Numbered from the stretch's first letter, positions 32,329 to 41,296 are shown. The stretch: 44,352 bases of DNA from a virus (IMGVR_UViG_3300045258_000084:1-44352); one strand, 5' to 3'. Numbers and translations are program-made. The notes: a model not told the origin generated them from the letters alone.

Positions 32329-32357
32329 AGTATAGCATCTCGCCCAAAGCTTGTCAA
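32329..32357 (-). promoter_or_regulatory. Near-consensus sigma70 early promoter (TTGACA-17-TATACT, with TG extended -10)
   Basis: On the minus strand: gtgTTGACAagctttgggcgagatgcTATACTctc. It lies about 50 nt upstream of the first early gene. Confidence 0.65.
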
Positions 32358-32695
32358 CACCTATTTTGGTCTAGTCGTCCGAAAGTATGCGCGCAATTCG
32401 TAACTGGCGCACGGCATTAACCTGATAGGGTTTCATTCCTGTAACCATTACTTTGTTAGTATGGTTTGTTCCATTGCCCAAAACAATTGTGCTACCGCGC
32501 CATGATAATTCTGTATTGCCTTAAATCGTGCGTATTGGTTTTGCATAATTCTCTCCATTGTTGAAAGTGTTTTTTAGATAATTACATATGCTATAACCAT
32601 GCCAAACTTTAACCCAATGAATATGGTACCTTTCGCTGTTACTTCGCTGTTCTATTTCTATGAAAGTGGACAGTGCTATTCCACTTTTGAGGACA

Positions 32696-32709
32696 TTACA
32701 ATATTGTAA
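32696..32709. promoter_or_regulatory. Perfect 14-bp palindrome TTACAATATTGTAA (operator-like)
   Basis: Seen directly in the divergent intergenic region. A second perfect 12-bp palindrome, TTGATTAATCAA, lies at 32771..32782. Confidence 0.45.
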
Positions 32710-32826
32710 CTCACATGCAATATCCGCGCCATTTCTCAATACAAAACTTTGAACACTTAAACTTTTAACTTTGATTAATCAAACTTATCTCACCTTCCTT
32801 GCATATACCATGCCATATGCCTGCCG

Positions 32827-32944
32827 TAATAGAGTCTCATCTCGGTCTGGCGCACGAAATATTCATCTCTATCTCCAATACATAAAATACTAATAGGGTC
32901 CTATATTTAACAAAATTCAAACTTTAAAATTAATAGAGTCTCAT
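32827..32944. repeat. Three copies of TAATAG(A/G)GTC(T/C)(C/T)AT upstream of the late operon
   Basis: The copies at 32827..32840 and 32931..32944 are identical (TAATAGAGTCTCAT), and the copy at 32891..32904 is TAATAGGGTCCTAT. Copies 2 and 3 run into -10-like TATATT and TATAAT. Confidence 0.65.
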
Positions 32945-32983
32945 ATAATTTAAAAAAGTTGTAAAAGGGAAATTTCACCCTTC

Positions 32984-33013
32984 TTGACTTGTTGTAGTGG
33001 CGTTTGTTACACT
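32984..33013 (+). promoter_or_regulatory. Sigma70-like promoter for the plus-strand block (TTGACT-18-TACACT)
   Basis: cttcTTGACTtgttgtagtggcgtttgtTACACTcacc lies about 45 nt upstream of the first plus-strand ORF. Confidence 0.5.
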
Positions 33014-33055
33014 CACCACAAGGGGTAGTGGGTCCGGGGAGAAGTTTCGAAAGTA

Positions 33056-33616
33056 ATGTATGTTGGAGTTAATAAAATGTTAGGAATTATTTCTTCTGAA
33101 CAACTTGATAATGAAGTTAAGAAGTTAGAGAAGGTTAACTTAGATAGTGATAATACTAAACTTGGGCGCGGTAAGGGTAATATTGAAACGCCAAATGTAT
33201 TGAGGAAAGTTATCGCGGCTGAAATTATTGAGGGCGGAAATGTTAAAGAAGTTAGTGAAGCATTTTCCATCTCGAGATCATCTATCAGTGCATATCTTAA
33301 GGGTGTTAATTCTACTACTGATTATAACTCTGTGGATAAAATTAATCAATCTCTTGTGAATAATAATCTCAAAACTAAAGATAAGATTGTTCGTCTTACC
33401 AGGAGAACACTTCGGCGCGCCGTAAATAATATTACTGATGATAAACTCGCCGCGGCTAAACCTGGTGAATTAGCAATGGTTGCTCGAAATATGTCAGCTA
33501 TTGCTTCAGATTTAGAACCTCAAGTTGAAGTTTCTGAGACAAGGAAAGTTGTAGTAACTTATAGACCTAGAATTAGACCCGAGGAAGATTTTCAGATTCT
33601 TCAGGTTAGTGAATAA
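33056..33616 (+). CDS. HTH DNA-binding protein (regulator or small-terminase-like)
   Basis: 186 aa. GNVKEVSEAFSISRSSISAYLKG is a helix-turn-helix. An alternative start lies at 33077 (GGAG SD). Confidence 0.5.
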   Translation: MYVGVNKMLGIISSEQLDNEVKKLEKVNLDSDNTKLGRGKGNIETPNVLRKVIAAEIIEGGNVKEVSEAFSISRSSISAYLKGVNSTTDYNSVDKINQSLVNNNLKTKDKIVRLTRRTLRRAVNNITDDKLAAAKPGELAMVARNMSAIASDLEPQVEVSETRKVVVTYRPRIRPEEDFQILQVSE

Positions 33617-33915
33617 TGGCTAGAGCTGTTGATAGGGGTTCGAGTTTAATTACTAAAGATAATAAAGGTATTATCTGCGCATGTAGAAATTCAGAATGTG
33701 AACTTTATAATGAGAGAAAAATTAGATCGCGCCGGGAAAATTCTCTTGGAATATGTAGAAAATGTGGAATGAATATGGTCGCGATTGATAATACAAGATT
33801 AAAACTTAAAATGGAAAAGGCGAAAGAAGAATATGAAAAGATTAATGGGATTGGGAAGTTTAGCATTACTAATCTTAATCGTTTCGGTAACGACGGCCAC
33901 AGCTCAAACAGTTAA
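33616..33915 (+). CDS. Zinc-ribbon protein
   Basis: 99 aa with CACRNSEC...CRKCG. Its tail overlaps the next gene by 83 nt. Confidence 0.5.
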   Translation: MARAVDRGSSLITKDNKGIICACRNSECELYNERKIRSRRENSLGICRKCGMNMVAIDNTRLKLKMEKAKEEYEKINGIGKFSITNLNRFGNDGHSSNS

Positions 33916-34201
33916 TAAAACTTTAGTATGGTCCCAACCCGAACTTTTAGTTACAGTTCAGGGATTTAGTTATACACTTAAGATTGATTCCGCCGCGCCA
34001 ATAGTAATTACTCCAACCTGTACTGCTCAAGTTTCCCCATTAACTGGAACTAATTGTACTTCCCCTATTACAATTTCAAACGCGCCTCATACTGTAACTC
34101 TCACAGCGATTAATGCTTTTGGTTCAACTTCATCCTCAATTAGTGGGGCACCCCCACAACCATTTACAGTTTCAATTACTGTCACAGTTACAGTTCCATA
34201 G
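33833..34201 (+). CDS. Secreted beta-rich (Ig-like) protein
   Basis: MKRLMGLGSLALLILIVSVTTATA-QT is a signal peptide, and the mature part is T/S/V-rich with a Cys pair. Confidence 0.6.
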   Translation: MKRLMGLGSLALLILIVSVTTATAQTVNKTLVWSQPELLVTVQGFSYTLKIDSAAPIVITPTCTAQVSPLTGTNCTSPITISNAPHTVTLTAINAFGSTSSSISGAPPQPFTVSITVTVTVP

Positions 34202-34208
34202 GTGATAC

Positions 34209-34382
34209 ATGATTGAACTAATTCTCGGCCTAGCTTTAGTTGGTTTTCTAGCTTGGTTAGTAATTACTTACATTCCAATGCCAGATGCATTTAAGAAAGT
34301 AATTATTGTAATAATTGTAGTATTATTAATTGTATATTTAGTTAGATTGTTCGGATTAGATATTCCCATTCCTCATCGTTAA
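34209..34382 (+). CDS. Small two-TM membrane protein (57 aa, hand-called; holin candidate)
   Basis: MIELILGLALVGFLAWLVITYIPMPDAFKKVIIVIIVVLLIVYLVRLFG..., with a GGTGA SD upstream. Confidence 0.55.
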   Translation: MIELILGLALVGFLAWLVITYIPMPDAFKKVIIVIIVVLLIVYLVRLFGLDIPIPHR

Positions 34383-34405
34383 TTTCAGTAAATAGGAGAA
34401 TTAAA

Positions 34406-34621
34406 ATGCCCGCAGCTACAATGACTATTACAGCTAAGACGGGACCTGGTGTTCAGGTTACAGCAACTGTAGTTAATAACGTAACATCATTTAGTGTGGA
34501 TGTAATTGCGCTAATGCTCACAGGTGTTGCTAATGGAGTTCCATTTCAGTATTCACTGAGTGGCGTTACTACTTTCACAGTTGCTATTTCAGGTACTACT
34601 TACACATTAACAATTTCGTAA
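34406..34621 (+). CDS. Small beta-rich protein
   Basis: 71-aa ORF with an AGGAG SD and T/V-rich beta-strand repeats. Confidence 0.5.
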   Translation: MPAATMTITAKTGPGVQVTATVVNNVTSFSVDVIALMLTGVANGVPFQYSLSGVTTFTVAISGTTYTLTIS

Positions 34622-34670
34622 TTACTACGCCGACCAGAGGGAGGATATCTAGTCCTCAATAAATGGTGAT

Positions 34671-35117
34671 ATGTTTATGAAGAAATTTATCTTAGTATTA
34701 GTTCTATCATTCATTCCAACATTAGTTCATGCTCAGGCATCTGATATATGTAAGAATAGTGCGAATTTAAGAAATGTAAGTATTAGTATCAATTCAGCAA
34801 CTACCACGCGCCTAGTTGATAATTCTACATCACCTAATCGATACATTGTAATTTGTGGTTTGAACTTAACTATTATCGGCGCGGCTACTCCACAAACTCT
34901 ATCATTTATTAGTGGAACTGGCGCGACTTGTGGAACTGGAACAACTACATTAACTCCTGCAATGTCTGGACCCGGCGCGGCTACAGATACAGCATTTTGG
35001 GTAATTCCTCCATTTAGTTTTGGTAAAATTAAAAATGGGGATTCTTTATGTGTAACAACTACTACAGTTCAACAGATTAGCGGCGCGTTAAACTTTGTAT
35101 TTGTTGGCCCTGCGTAA
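34671..35117 (+). CDS. Secreted Cys-containing beta-rich protein
   Basis: MFMKKFILVLVLSFIPTLVHA-QA is a signal peptide, followed by a 148-aa T/S-rich protein. Confidence 0.6.
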   Translation: MFMKKFILVLVLSFIPTLVHAQASDICKNSANLRNVSISINSATTTRLVDNSTSPNRYIVICGLNLTIIGAATPQTLSFISGTGATCGTGTTTLTPAMSGPGAATDTAFWVIPPFSFGKIKNGDSLCVTTTTVQQISGALNFVFVGPA

Positions 35118-35353
35118 TGGAGTCTGAAGTTCTAGAAACAATTAGAACTAGAATTCATGAAGTAGTTGGTAGTCAACAAAAATTAATTACAAAGGTTGCT
35201 TTGATAGACTTAAAAATTAATAATACTCGTAATGATGTAACAGATCATGAAAAAGCAATTAGGTCATTAGAAAAGTTTATGTATACCTCAGTGGGTATAT
35301 CAATCGGCGCGAATTTTGCAATTCAATTGTTGTTTAAGATATTTGGTAAGTAA
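35117..35353 (+). CDS. Coiled-coil protein with C-terminal TM segment
   Basis: 78 aa. The C-terminus is YTSVGISIGANFAIQLLFKIFGK. Confidence 0.5.
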   Translation: MESEVLETIRTRIHEVVGSQQKLITKVALIDLKINNTRNDVTDHEKAIRSLEKFMYTSVGISIGANFAIQLLFKIFGK

Positions 35354-35565
35354 TGATGAGTGAATCTCTAATAGTTGCGGTAATTGCCGCGGTTCCACTC
35401 ATAATAACTTCTACAGCTAGTTTAATTACTGCAGTTAAAACTAGGAAAGCAGTTCAGGAATTACATCTTGCAGTAAATAGTAGATTAACTGAGTTATTAG
35501 AACAAACAGCCAAAGCATCTCATGCTGATGGTGTTGTTGAAGGAAAGGAAGGAAAAATTCAATGA
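35353..35565 (+). CDS. Small N-terminal-TM protein (lysis/spanin-like candidate)
   Basis: 70 aa: SLIVAVIAAVPLIITSTASLITAV followed by AVNSRLTELLEQTAKASHADG. Confidence 0.5.
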   Translation: MMSESLIVAVIAAVPLIITSTASLITAVKTRKAVQELHLAVNSRLTELLEQTAKASHADGVVEGKEGKIQ

Positions 35566-35729
35566 TGATCTCAACAAAACCATCTAAGGATACTTTAGCT
35601 AAATTAGTTACAACTAATCCTGCTGGTTTTAAAGCTGGTATCTTTAAAGGGAAGAAAGATCATATGAATGTTAAATTTAAGAAGAAGGTTCCCTTTATTG
35701 GTGAACGTAAACTGAAACCTAATTCTTAA
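35562..35729 (+). CDS. Small basic protein (55 aa, hand-called)
   Basis: It has an ATGA overlap with the upstream stop. Protein: MMISTKPSKDTLAKLVTTNPAGFKAG... Confidence 0.4.
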   Translation: MMISTKPSKDTLAKLVTTNPAGFKAGIFKGKKDHMNVKFKKKVPFIGERKLKPNS

Positions 35730-35738
35730 GGAGAAGAA

Positions 35739-35870
35739 ATGAAAGCTGGTATTTTAATTTTAGTTATTGGTGATGTTATTAAATTACTTGGGGACAAAGG
35801 TTTTATTAATATAACAACTGGAGACTTTAGCGATTTTAAAGATATTGGAAAAGATTTAATTTTAGTTTAG
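35739..35870 (+). CDS. Small hydrophobic-N-terminus protein (43 aa, hand-called)
   Basis: A GGAG SD lies upstream (aaggagaagaaATG). Protein: MKAGILILVIGDVIKLLGDKG... Confidence 0.4.
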   Translation: MKAGILILVIGDVIKLLGDKGFINITTGDFSDFKDIGKDLILV

Positions 35871-35922
35871 GGAATTGAAAATATTCTAAAGAATCATGGT
35901 GTATTAGTTCCAGGAAGGGTGG

Positions 35923-36267
35923 ATGCCATTATTAATATTCTACCTCTTGTTGCTAGCTTTATTCATTAGTTCCATGTTCAATAGTAATCGGCGTTTAGAT
36001 AAAATAATTCAATTACTTGAGGAGTTAATTAAAATGGATGCAATTTTACAGGCTTCACTAGATAAGTTAAACGCGGAAACTGCGCGCCAGACCACAATTG
36101 AAACATCGGTTGAAACATTGTTAACAGGTTTAGTTAAGTTAATCAATGATCTTAAGGTTGGTCAGACTGACCCGGCAGTTATTGCAGCTATTGATGCAGC
36201 CGCGGCAATTGTTAAGTCTGACAATGATAAGTTAGAAGCTGTTGTGGCGAATACACCTACTACGTAG
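35923..36267 (+). CDS. N-terminal-TM plus coiled-coil protein
   Basis: 114 aa: MPLLIFYLLLLALFISSMF followed by a helical Ala-rich segment. Confidence 0.5.
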   Translation: MPLLIFYLLLLALFISSMFNSNRRLDKIIQLLEELIKMDAILQASLDKLNAETARQTTIETSVETLLTGLVKLINDLKVGQTDPAVIAAIDAAAAIVKSDNDKLEAVVANTPTT

Positions 36268-36273
36268 AATAAT

Positions 36274-36309
36274 TGGGGTGGGTTTATTATAGGGGATAGA
36301 CCCATCCCA
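36274..36309 (+). promoter_or_regulatory. 10-bp stem hairpin upstream of the terminase gene
   Basis: TGGGGTGGGT-16 nt-ACCCATCCCA, with one G-U pair and no T-run. Confidence 0.35.
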
Positions 36310-36324
36310 CTTAAGAAATATCAT

Positions 36325-37923
36325 ATGGAACCATTTGCCTGGGAGCCTACATTTAAACAGGAGAGATTTCTAACAATTCCTCTCACTGTTAAAGAAGGTT
36401 TCTATGCCGGCGCGGTTAATGCTGGTAAAAGTGATGTTCTAATCATGTATCCAATCGTACATGGTTGGCACGAACATCCAAAGTTTAAAGGGGTATTTGC
36501 GCGTCGAACCATGCCTGAATTAAGGCTTGAAGTTATTCCGCGAGCTAAAGAATACCTTAGACATTATGGTGGGGAATATAATCAGAGTGAATCAGTTTTT
36601 AAATTTCCATCGGGCGCGTTATATTTCTTCACTCATTTAGAGAAAGAAAAAGATGTTCACATGTTCGATTCGATGCAGCCTAATTACTTTGCATTCGATG
36701 AGTTAACATCTTTTACTGAGTGGCAGTATTTATATATAACTATTCAACGCGTTAGAAGAGATTTAAAAGTTAAAGATGAATTACCAGCTATTGTAAGATC
36801 AGGAAGTAACCCCGGAAATATTGGACACGCGTGGGTCTATAAAAGATTTATTAAACCTAATCCCAAAGGCGGAGAAATATTACAAGGTAAAGGTGGTATT
36901 AAGCGAATTTATATTCCTGCTACTATTGATGATAATCCTTATGCAGATCCCGTCTATAAAGCAGAATTAGATGCTCTTCCTGACGCGGAAAGAAAAGCCA
37001 AGAAACTTGGCGATTGGACAGCATTTGAAGGAACTGTATTTGCTGAATTTAGAAAGCAACATTATCCAGGTGAACCTGAGTGGGCATTACATAAAATACT
37101 TCCATTTGATATTCCAAGTTACTGGCCTAAGATAGTTGCTATAGATTGGGGCTATCGCGCCATGACTTATGTATGTTATGGGGCAATTTCTCCCAAGGGT
37201 AGGTTATACGTATATAGAGAGCAGAGTTTTACTGAAGAAAAAATTGAAGAATGGGGACCAAAGGTTAAACAATATATTGATAGAGAAAACCCCGCGGATA
37301 TAGTAATATGTCATAGTGCTGGACAACATAGGGGAGAACCCCATACTATTCTTGAATTAGTCTCAGATGCTTTAGATAAAACTATTAGACTAGGTGAGAA
37401 GAATAGATTAAGTGGAAAAGCTTTATTACATGAATACTTAAGGTGGAAACCTAGATTCATACCTATAGATGAAGTTCCTCAGTATGATGATGTATTGGCA
37501 ATGTGGATTATGCGTAATAAAGGCCTAGAAGATTATAAGGCTTATATGCGTAGTCTCACCCCATCACTTCCTGAAGAGAATTTACCTAAATTTCAAATCT
37601 TTGATATTTGTCCTTTATTAATTGAAGCAATATCAGTCGCGCAATACGAATCAACTAAAGGTGATGATAAACCCCCAGAAGATGTAGCAGAATGGAATGG
37701 GGATGATCCTTATGATTGTGTTCGTATGCTTTTACACGCCGCGGATAGATATTTTGAAGAGTCTAGTGAAATAGCTTCACATATGAATAAAGAAGAAGCT
37801 ATTGTTCAAAAATTAGTGGGGAGTCAAGATATGACAGCATATTATAGGAATATGAAGAAGTTGGAAACTGATGAAGATTTAAGTGAAAGACCTATGCGAA
37901 GATTTCATCATAGGGGTCATTAA
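36325..37923 (+). CDS. terL: Terminase large subunit
   Basis: 532 aa with Walker A GAVNAGKS, Walker B NYFAFDELTS and C-terminal nuclease acidic motifs (IVAIDWGY, GDDPYDC). Confidence 0.85.
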   Translation: MEPFAWEPTFKQERFLTIPLTVKEGFYAGAVNAGKSDVLIMYPIVHGWHEHPKFKGVFARRTMPELRLEVIPRAKEYLRHYGGEYNQSESVFKFPSGALYFFTHLEKEKDVHMFDSMQPNYFAFDELTSFTEWQYLYITIQRVRRDLKVKDELPAIVRSGSNPGNIGHAWVYKRFIKPNPKGGEILQGKGGIKRIYIPATIDDNPYADPVYKAELDALPDAERKAKKLGDWTAFEGTVFAEFRKQHYPGEPEWALHKILPFDIPSYWPKIVAIDWGYRAMTYVCYGAISPKGRLYVYREQSFTEEKIEEWGPKVKQYIDRENPADIVICHSAGQHRGEPHTILELVSDALDKTIRLGEKNRLSGKALLHEYLRWKPRFIPIDEVPQYDDVLAMWIMRNKGLEDYKAYMRSLTPSLPEENLPKFQIFDICPLLIEAISVAQYESTKGDDKPPEDVAEWNGDDPYDCVRMLLHAADRYFEESSEIASHMNKEEAIVQKLVGSQDMTAYYRNMKKLETDEDLSERPMRRFHHRGH

Positions 37924-38339
37924 TGAGAGATGTAATACAGGCAATTAAATATTGGATATTATATAAATTAGAGATACCCGCGCCCGAAATTAACCATTTA
38001 GATAATGAAGTTCAGTATCTAAGGAATGAATTAACTATCGCGCGTGAAGAGGTTAGTAGATTAACCAATTTAATGTATAGTGCTGCGATGGTAGATAAGA
38101 ATTCTAATGGAACTAACGAATTAGAGGATGAAAATCCTGAACCAATTCGTGGTAAATATATTCCATGGCCAATTAGACGTGCTCATTTAGAAAAGTTAGA
38201 TAGACAAAGAGCTGCCGAATTAGCAAGAGAAGCCCAGGCTAATAAAGTTAAAATTAATACCCCTAAAATTGAAGAAGCAATTCAAACATTAGAAGAAGAA
38301 TTAGGAGTAAATTCAAATGATGCAATCAGGAATGGCTAA
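37923..38339 (+). CDS. Coiled-coil hypothetical protein
   Basis: 138-aa ORF with an ATGA-type junction to terL. Confidence 0.5.
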   Translation: MRDVIQAIKYWILYKLEIPAPEINHLDNEVQYLRNELTIAREEVSRLTNLMYSAAMVDKNSNGTNELEDENPEPIRGKYIPWPIRRAHLEKLDRQRAAELAREAQANKVKINTPKIEEAIQTLEEELGVNSNDAIRNG

Positions 38340-38634
38340 TCCTCAATTGATGCAAAGATTAATGCAAATGAGACAAGATATGGGTGGTGGTATAAATAAT
38401 ATGCCACAAGGTAACCCAATGCAGGCTAGCCAAATGTTAAATAATCAACAGCCTATGGGAATGGGTAATCAACCTGGAATGACAATGGGTCAACCCAGTC
38501 CACAGATTATGCAGCAATTACTTCAAAGACGAAGAATGATGATGCAGCAACAGCAACCAGGTGTATCTACAATGGGCGTGCCAAATCCACAACCTGGTAT
38601 GAGTAGAATTGATAATGGTGGAATGCAGATGTAA
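38317..38634 (+). CDS. Met/Gln/Pro/Gly-rich low-complexity protein
   Basis: 105 aa. By hand count, 22 residues are Met and 22 are Gln, with repeated MGxxQP and QQ tracts. Confidence 0.55.
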   Translation: MMQSGMANPQLMQRLMQMRQDMGGGINNMPQGNPMQASQMLNNQQPMGMGNQPGMTMGQPSPQIMQQLLQRRRMMMQQQQPGVSTMGVPNPQPGMSRIDNGGMQM

Positions 38635-38647
38635 TGGTTGAATTAAA

Positions 38648-38788
38648 ATGGCAATGAAATTTGGGCCTTCTCAATCTCATATTCCGATGATTAGGAAATT
38701 TGGTCTTAAGAATCGTAAACCTAGATTAAAGAGCGCGCAACCTAAATTATCTAAGATTATGAAATTAGATAATAAGTCAGGTGAGTAA
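38648..38788 (+). CDS. Small basic protein (46 aa, hand-called)
   Basis: MAMKFGPSQSHIPMIRKFGLKNRKPRLK... has a TAATG overlap with the next ORF and a weak SD. Confidence 0.35.
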   Translation: MAMKFGPSQSHIPMIRKFGLKNRKPRLKSAQPKLSKIMKLDNKSGE

Positions 38789-38952
38789 TGCCAGCAGTAA
38801 GTGGTAAACAGTATCGTTTAATGGTTGGAATAGAGCATGGAATGAAACCTAAAAAAGGTTATGGTCCATCTCCAGAAGTAGCTAAAGAATTTGTAAATAA
38901 GGCCTCTACTAAAAAAAGAAAATTATTCATGAAGAAGAATAATGCCCGATAA
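38788..38952 (+). CDS. Small DUF3008-like basic protein (54 aa, hand-called)
   Basis: MPAVSGKQYRLMVGIEHGMKPKKGYG... resembles the MPxxSxxQxRxM small phage protein family. It overlaps the portal start. Confidence 0.45.
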   Translation: MPAVSGKQYRLMVGIEHGMKPKKGYGPSPEVAKEFVNKASTKKRKLFMKKNNAR

Positions 38953-41296
38953 GACTGCTGAACGTAGGAAAAAATATTTCGAACATTCTGAGAATGTTAA
39001 GGTTGCCCTTAAGGTTATATCTGACTATATTGATAAAGATGATGATATCGTAAGGATTAGACAGTTACGAACTTGGAAGAAATATGTTTACATGTGGTCT
39101 GGTTTAAAGAATTTATGGTGGTCAAATACAGCGCATGATTGGCGCGTTTTTGAGGAACCTGTAGAAGGTAGTGATGACCAGAGTTACTATGATAAGAATA
39201 TCAATGTATTCCGCGCTTATCTAGAATCTATCATTGCGGCAATGTCTGCAACTGTACCAGGGGTTAAGTGCTTACCTGATGATGCGAATAATGTTAATGA
39301 TGTTTTAACTGCAAAAGGTGGAACTAAAATTGGTCAGTTAATTTATAAACATGTTGATGCGCCATTACTTTGGGCTAAAGGTTTATATATTTATTGCACT
39401 CAAGGTTTAATTGCCGCATATAATTATACTGATTATAGTGAGAAATATGGTTTCGTAGATACCGCGGATTATTCTAATGTTGAAGAATCCCAATCTATAT
39501 ATCAGTGTCCAAGTTGTGGAAAACCATTAGATGATTTAAATTTTCAGATTGCTATTCAAAAAGAAATTCAGGAATCTGATGAATTTGATCCGGATGAGGA
39601 CGATGTTCTATTACATAAAGTAATGAATGATGGTCAAGTAATTTGTGAACAGTGTCAGGAAAATATTGATCCTGAATTAAAACAGAATAAAGTTGTTGTA
39701 GAAAGAATGACAGGGGTTACTCGTAAACCTAAAGCGCGCCAATGTATTGATGTAATGGGGGGCCTCTACGTAAAAGTCCCAAATTATGCTAGGAATCAAG
39801 CTGAATGTCCATATTTAGATTATAGTTATGAAACTCATTATTCATATGTATATGAAAAGTATCCCTGGTTGAGAAGAGAACTTAAAGAAGTTGAAACATC
39901 TTCCGATACAAGTGGAGATACTTTATATGCAAGATGGGCGCGATTATCCCCCCAATATAATAATGAGTATCCATTAGATACCCCTACTTGTCATAATAAA
40001 TGGATTAGACCTAGTTTATTTGAAATTATTCCTGATGAAGAATGTCGGAAGGAATTATATAAAAAATTCCCAGATGGTTGTAAAGTAGTTTTTGTTAATA
40101 GTGAATTTGCTTCTGCGTGTAATGAGTCAATGGATGATCATTGGACTCTGTCTAAGAATCCATTAAGTGAGAGTATACATTATGACCCACATGGCGCACT
40201 GGTAGAATCTATTCAGGAAATTACTGATGATTTAATTGCACTAACTTTACAAACTATTGAACAAGGAATTCCTCAAACTTTCGCGGACCCATCCGTCTTA
40301 AATTTTAAATCTTATCGAAAAGCTGAAGTTAATCCTGGAGATATATTCCCCGCGAAACCAAAGTCTGGTAAATCTATTGCAGATGGTTTTTATGAAGTAA
40401 AAACTGCTACATTATCTCAAGAAGTAGGACCATTTGGAGATAAGGTTCAGCAATTAGGACAATTTACTTCTGGGGCTATGCCCTCATTATTTGGTGGAGA
40501 TCAGGATAATAGTTCCCGAACTGCATCACAATATGCTATGAGTCGCGCCCAATCTTTGCAGAGATTACAGACTCCTTGGAAGATGATAACTTTTTGGTGG
40601 AAGGATATTTTCGCGAAAGTTATTCCAGCATATATTAAGAATATGATGGATGATGAGCGAATTGTCCAACAACAGGGAAGTAAATGGATTAATATCATAA
40701 TTAAAAAAGCGGAGATGGATGGTAAAATTGGAGATGTGGAATTAGAAGCTGCTGATGATTTACCAATGACAACTGCTCAAGTTAGAGATTTAGTTATGCA
40801 GTTAATGAATATGCAAAATTCTGTTGTTATGGAGGCTTTAACCATCCCCGAAAATTTACCTTATTTATATCAGGCTGGTGGTTTAAATGATATGACTATT
40901 CCTGGGGAGGATGATAGACAAAAGCAATTAGAGGAAATTGATCTCTTATTACAAAGTCAACCAATCCCCAATATTGGCCCCGATGGAATGCCAACGGAAC
41001 AAACTTCAGTTATGCCAGAATTACTTGTAGATAGGCATGAATTAGAAGCTGATGTATGTCGCTCATGGTTAGTAAGTGAAGCAGGTAGACAATGTAAAAC
41101 TGAAAATGCGAAGGGGTATCAAAATATATTATTACATATGAAAGCTCATATCCAGGCTATGCAAGTATTACAAAGTGGGGGTGGTGGTGATAATAGTTCA
41201 CAACCCCCATCACCTGGACCAAATCCATCAAATAATAAAAAAACTAAACCTATAGTTGGACAAACCACAAACGCGGAAACTTCTGCTAAAGTATAA
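38942..41296 (+). CDS. Portal protein
   Basis: 784-aa ORF between the terminase and the scaffold/capsid genes. Called on size and position, with no motif verified. Confidence 0.7.
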   Translation: MPDKTAERRKKYFEHSENVKVALKVISDYIDKDDDIVRIRQLRTWKKYVYMWSGLKNLWWSNTAHDWRVFEEPVEGSDDQSYYDKNINVFRAYLESIIAAMSATVPGVKCLPDDANNVNDVLTAKGGTKIGQLIYKHVDAPLLWAKGLYIYCTQGLIAAYNYTDYSEKYGFVDTADYSNVEESQSIYQCPSCGKPLDDLNFQIAIQKEIQESDEFDPDEDDVLLHKVMNDGQVICEQCQENIDPELKQNKVVVERMTGVTRKPKARQCIDVMGGLYVKVPNYARNQAECPYLDYSYETHYSYVYEKYPWLRRELKEVETSSDTSGDTLYARWARLSPQYNNEYPLDTPTCHNKWIRPSLFEIIPDEECRKELYKKFPDGCKVVFVNSEFASACNESMDDHWTLSKNPLSESIHYDPHGALVESIQEITDDLIALTLQTIEQGIPQTFADPSVLNFKSYRKAEVNPGDIFPAKPKSGKSIADGFYEVKTATLSQEVGPFGDKVQQLGQFTSGAMPSLFGGDQDNSSRTASQYAMSRAQSLQRLQTPWKMITFWWKDIFAKVIPAYIKNMMDDERIVQQQGSKWINIIIKKAEMDGKIGDVELEAADDLPMTTAQVRDLVMQLMNMQNSVVMEALTIPENLPYLYQAGGLNDMTIPGEDDRQKQLEEIDLLLQSQPIPNIGPDGMPTEQTSVMPELLVDRHELEADVCRSWLVSEAGRQCKTENAKGYQNILLHMKAHIQAMQVLQSGGGGDNSSQPPSPGPNPSNNKKTKPIVGQTTNAETSAKV

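Noticed and set aside
32521-32739. 72-aa minus-strand ORF in the divergent intergenic region
   Set aside because: It starts with TTG, has no SD, lies upstream of the early promoter so would not be covered by that transcript, and has Cys/Trp/His-rich random-looking composition.
33013-33270. 85-aa minus-strand ORF overlapping the first late gene
   Set aside because: It is antisense to a well-supported HTH gene and overlaps the late promoter, so it is a typical AT-rich shadow ORF.
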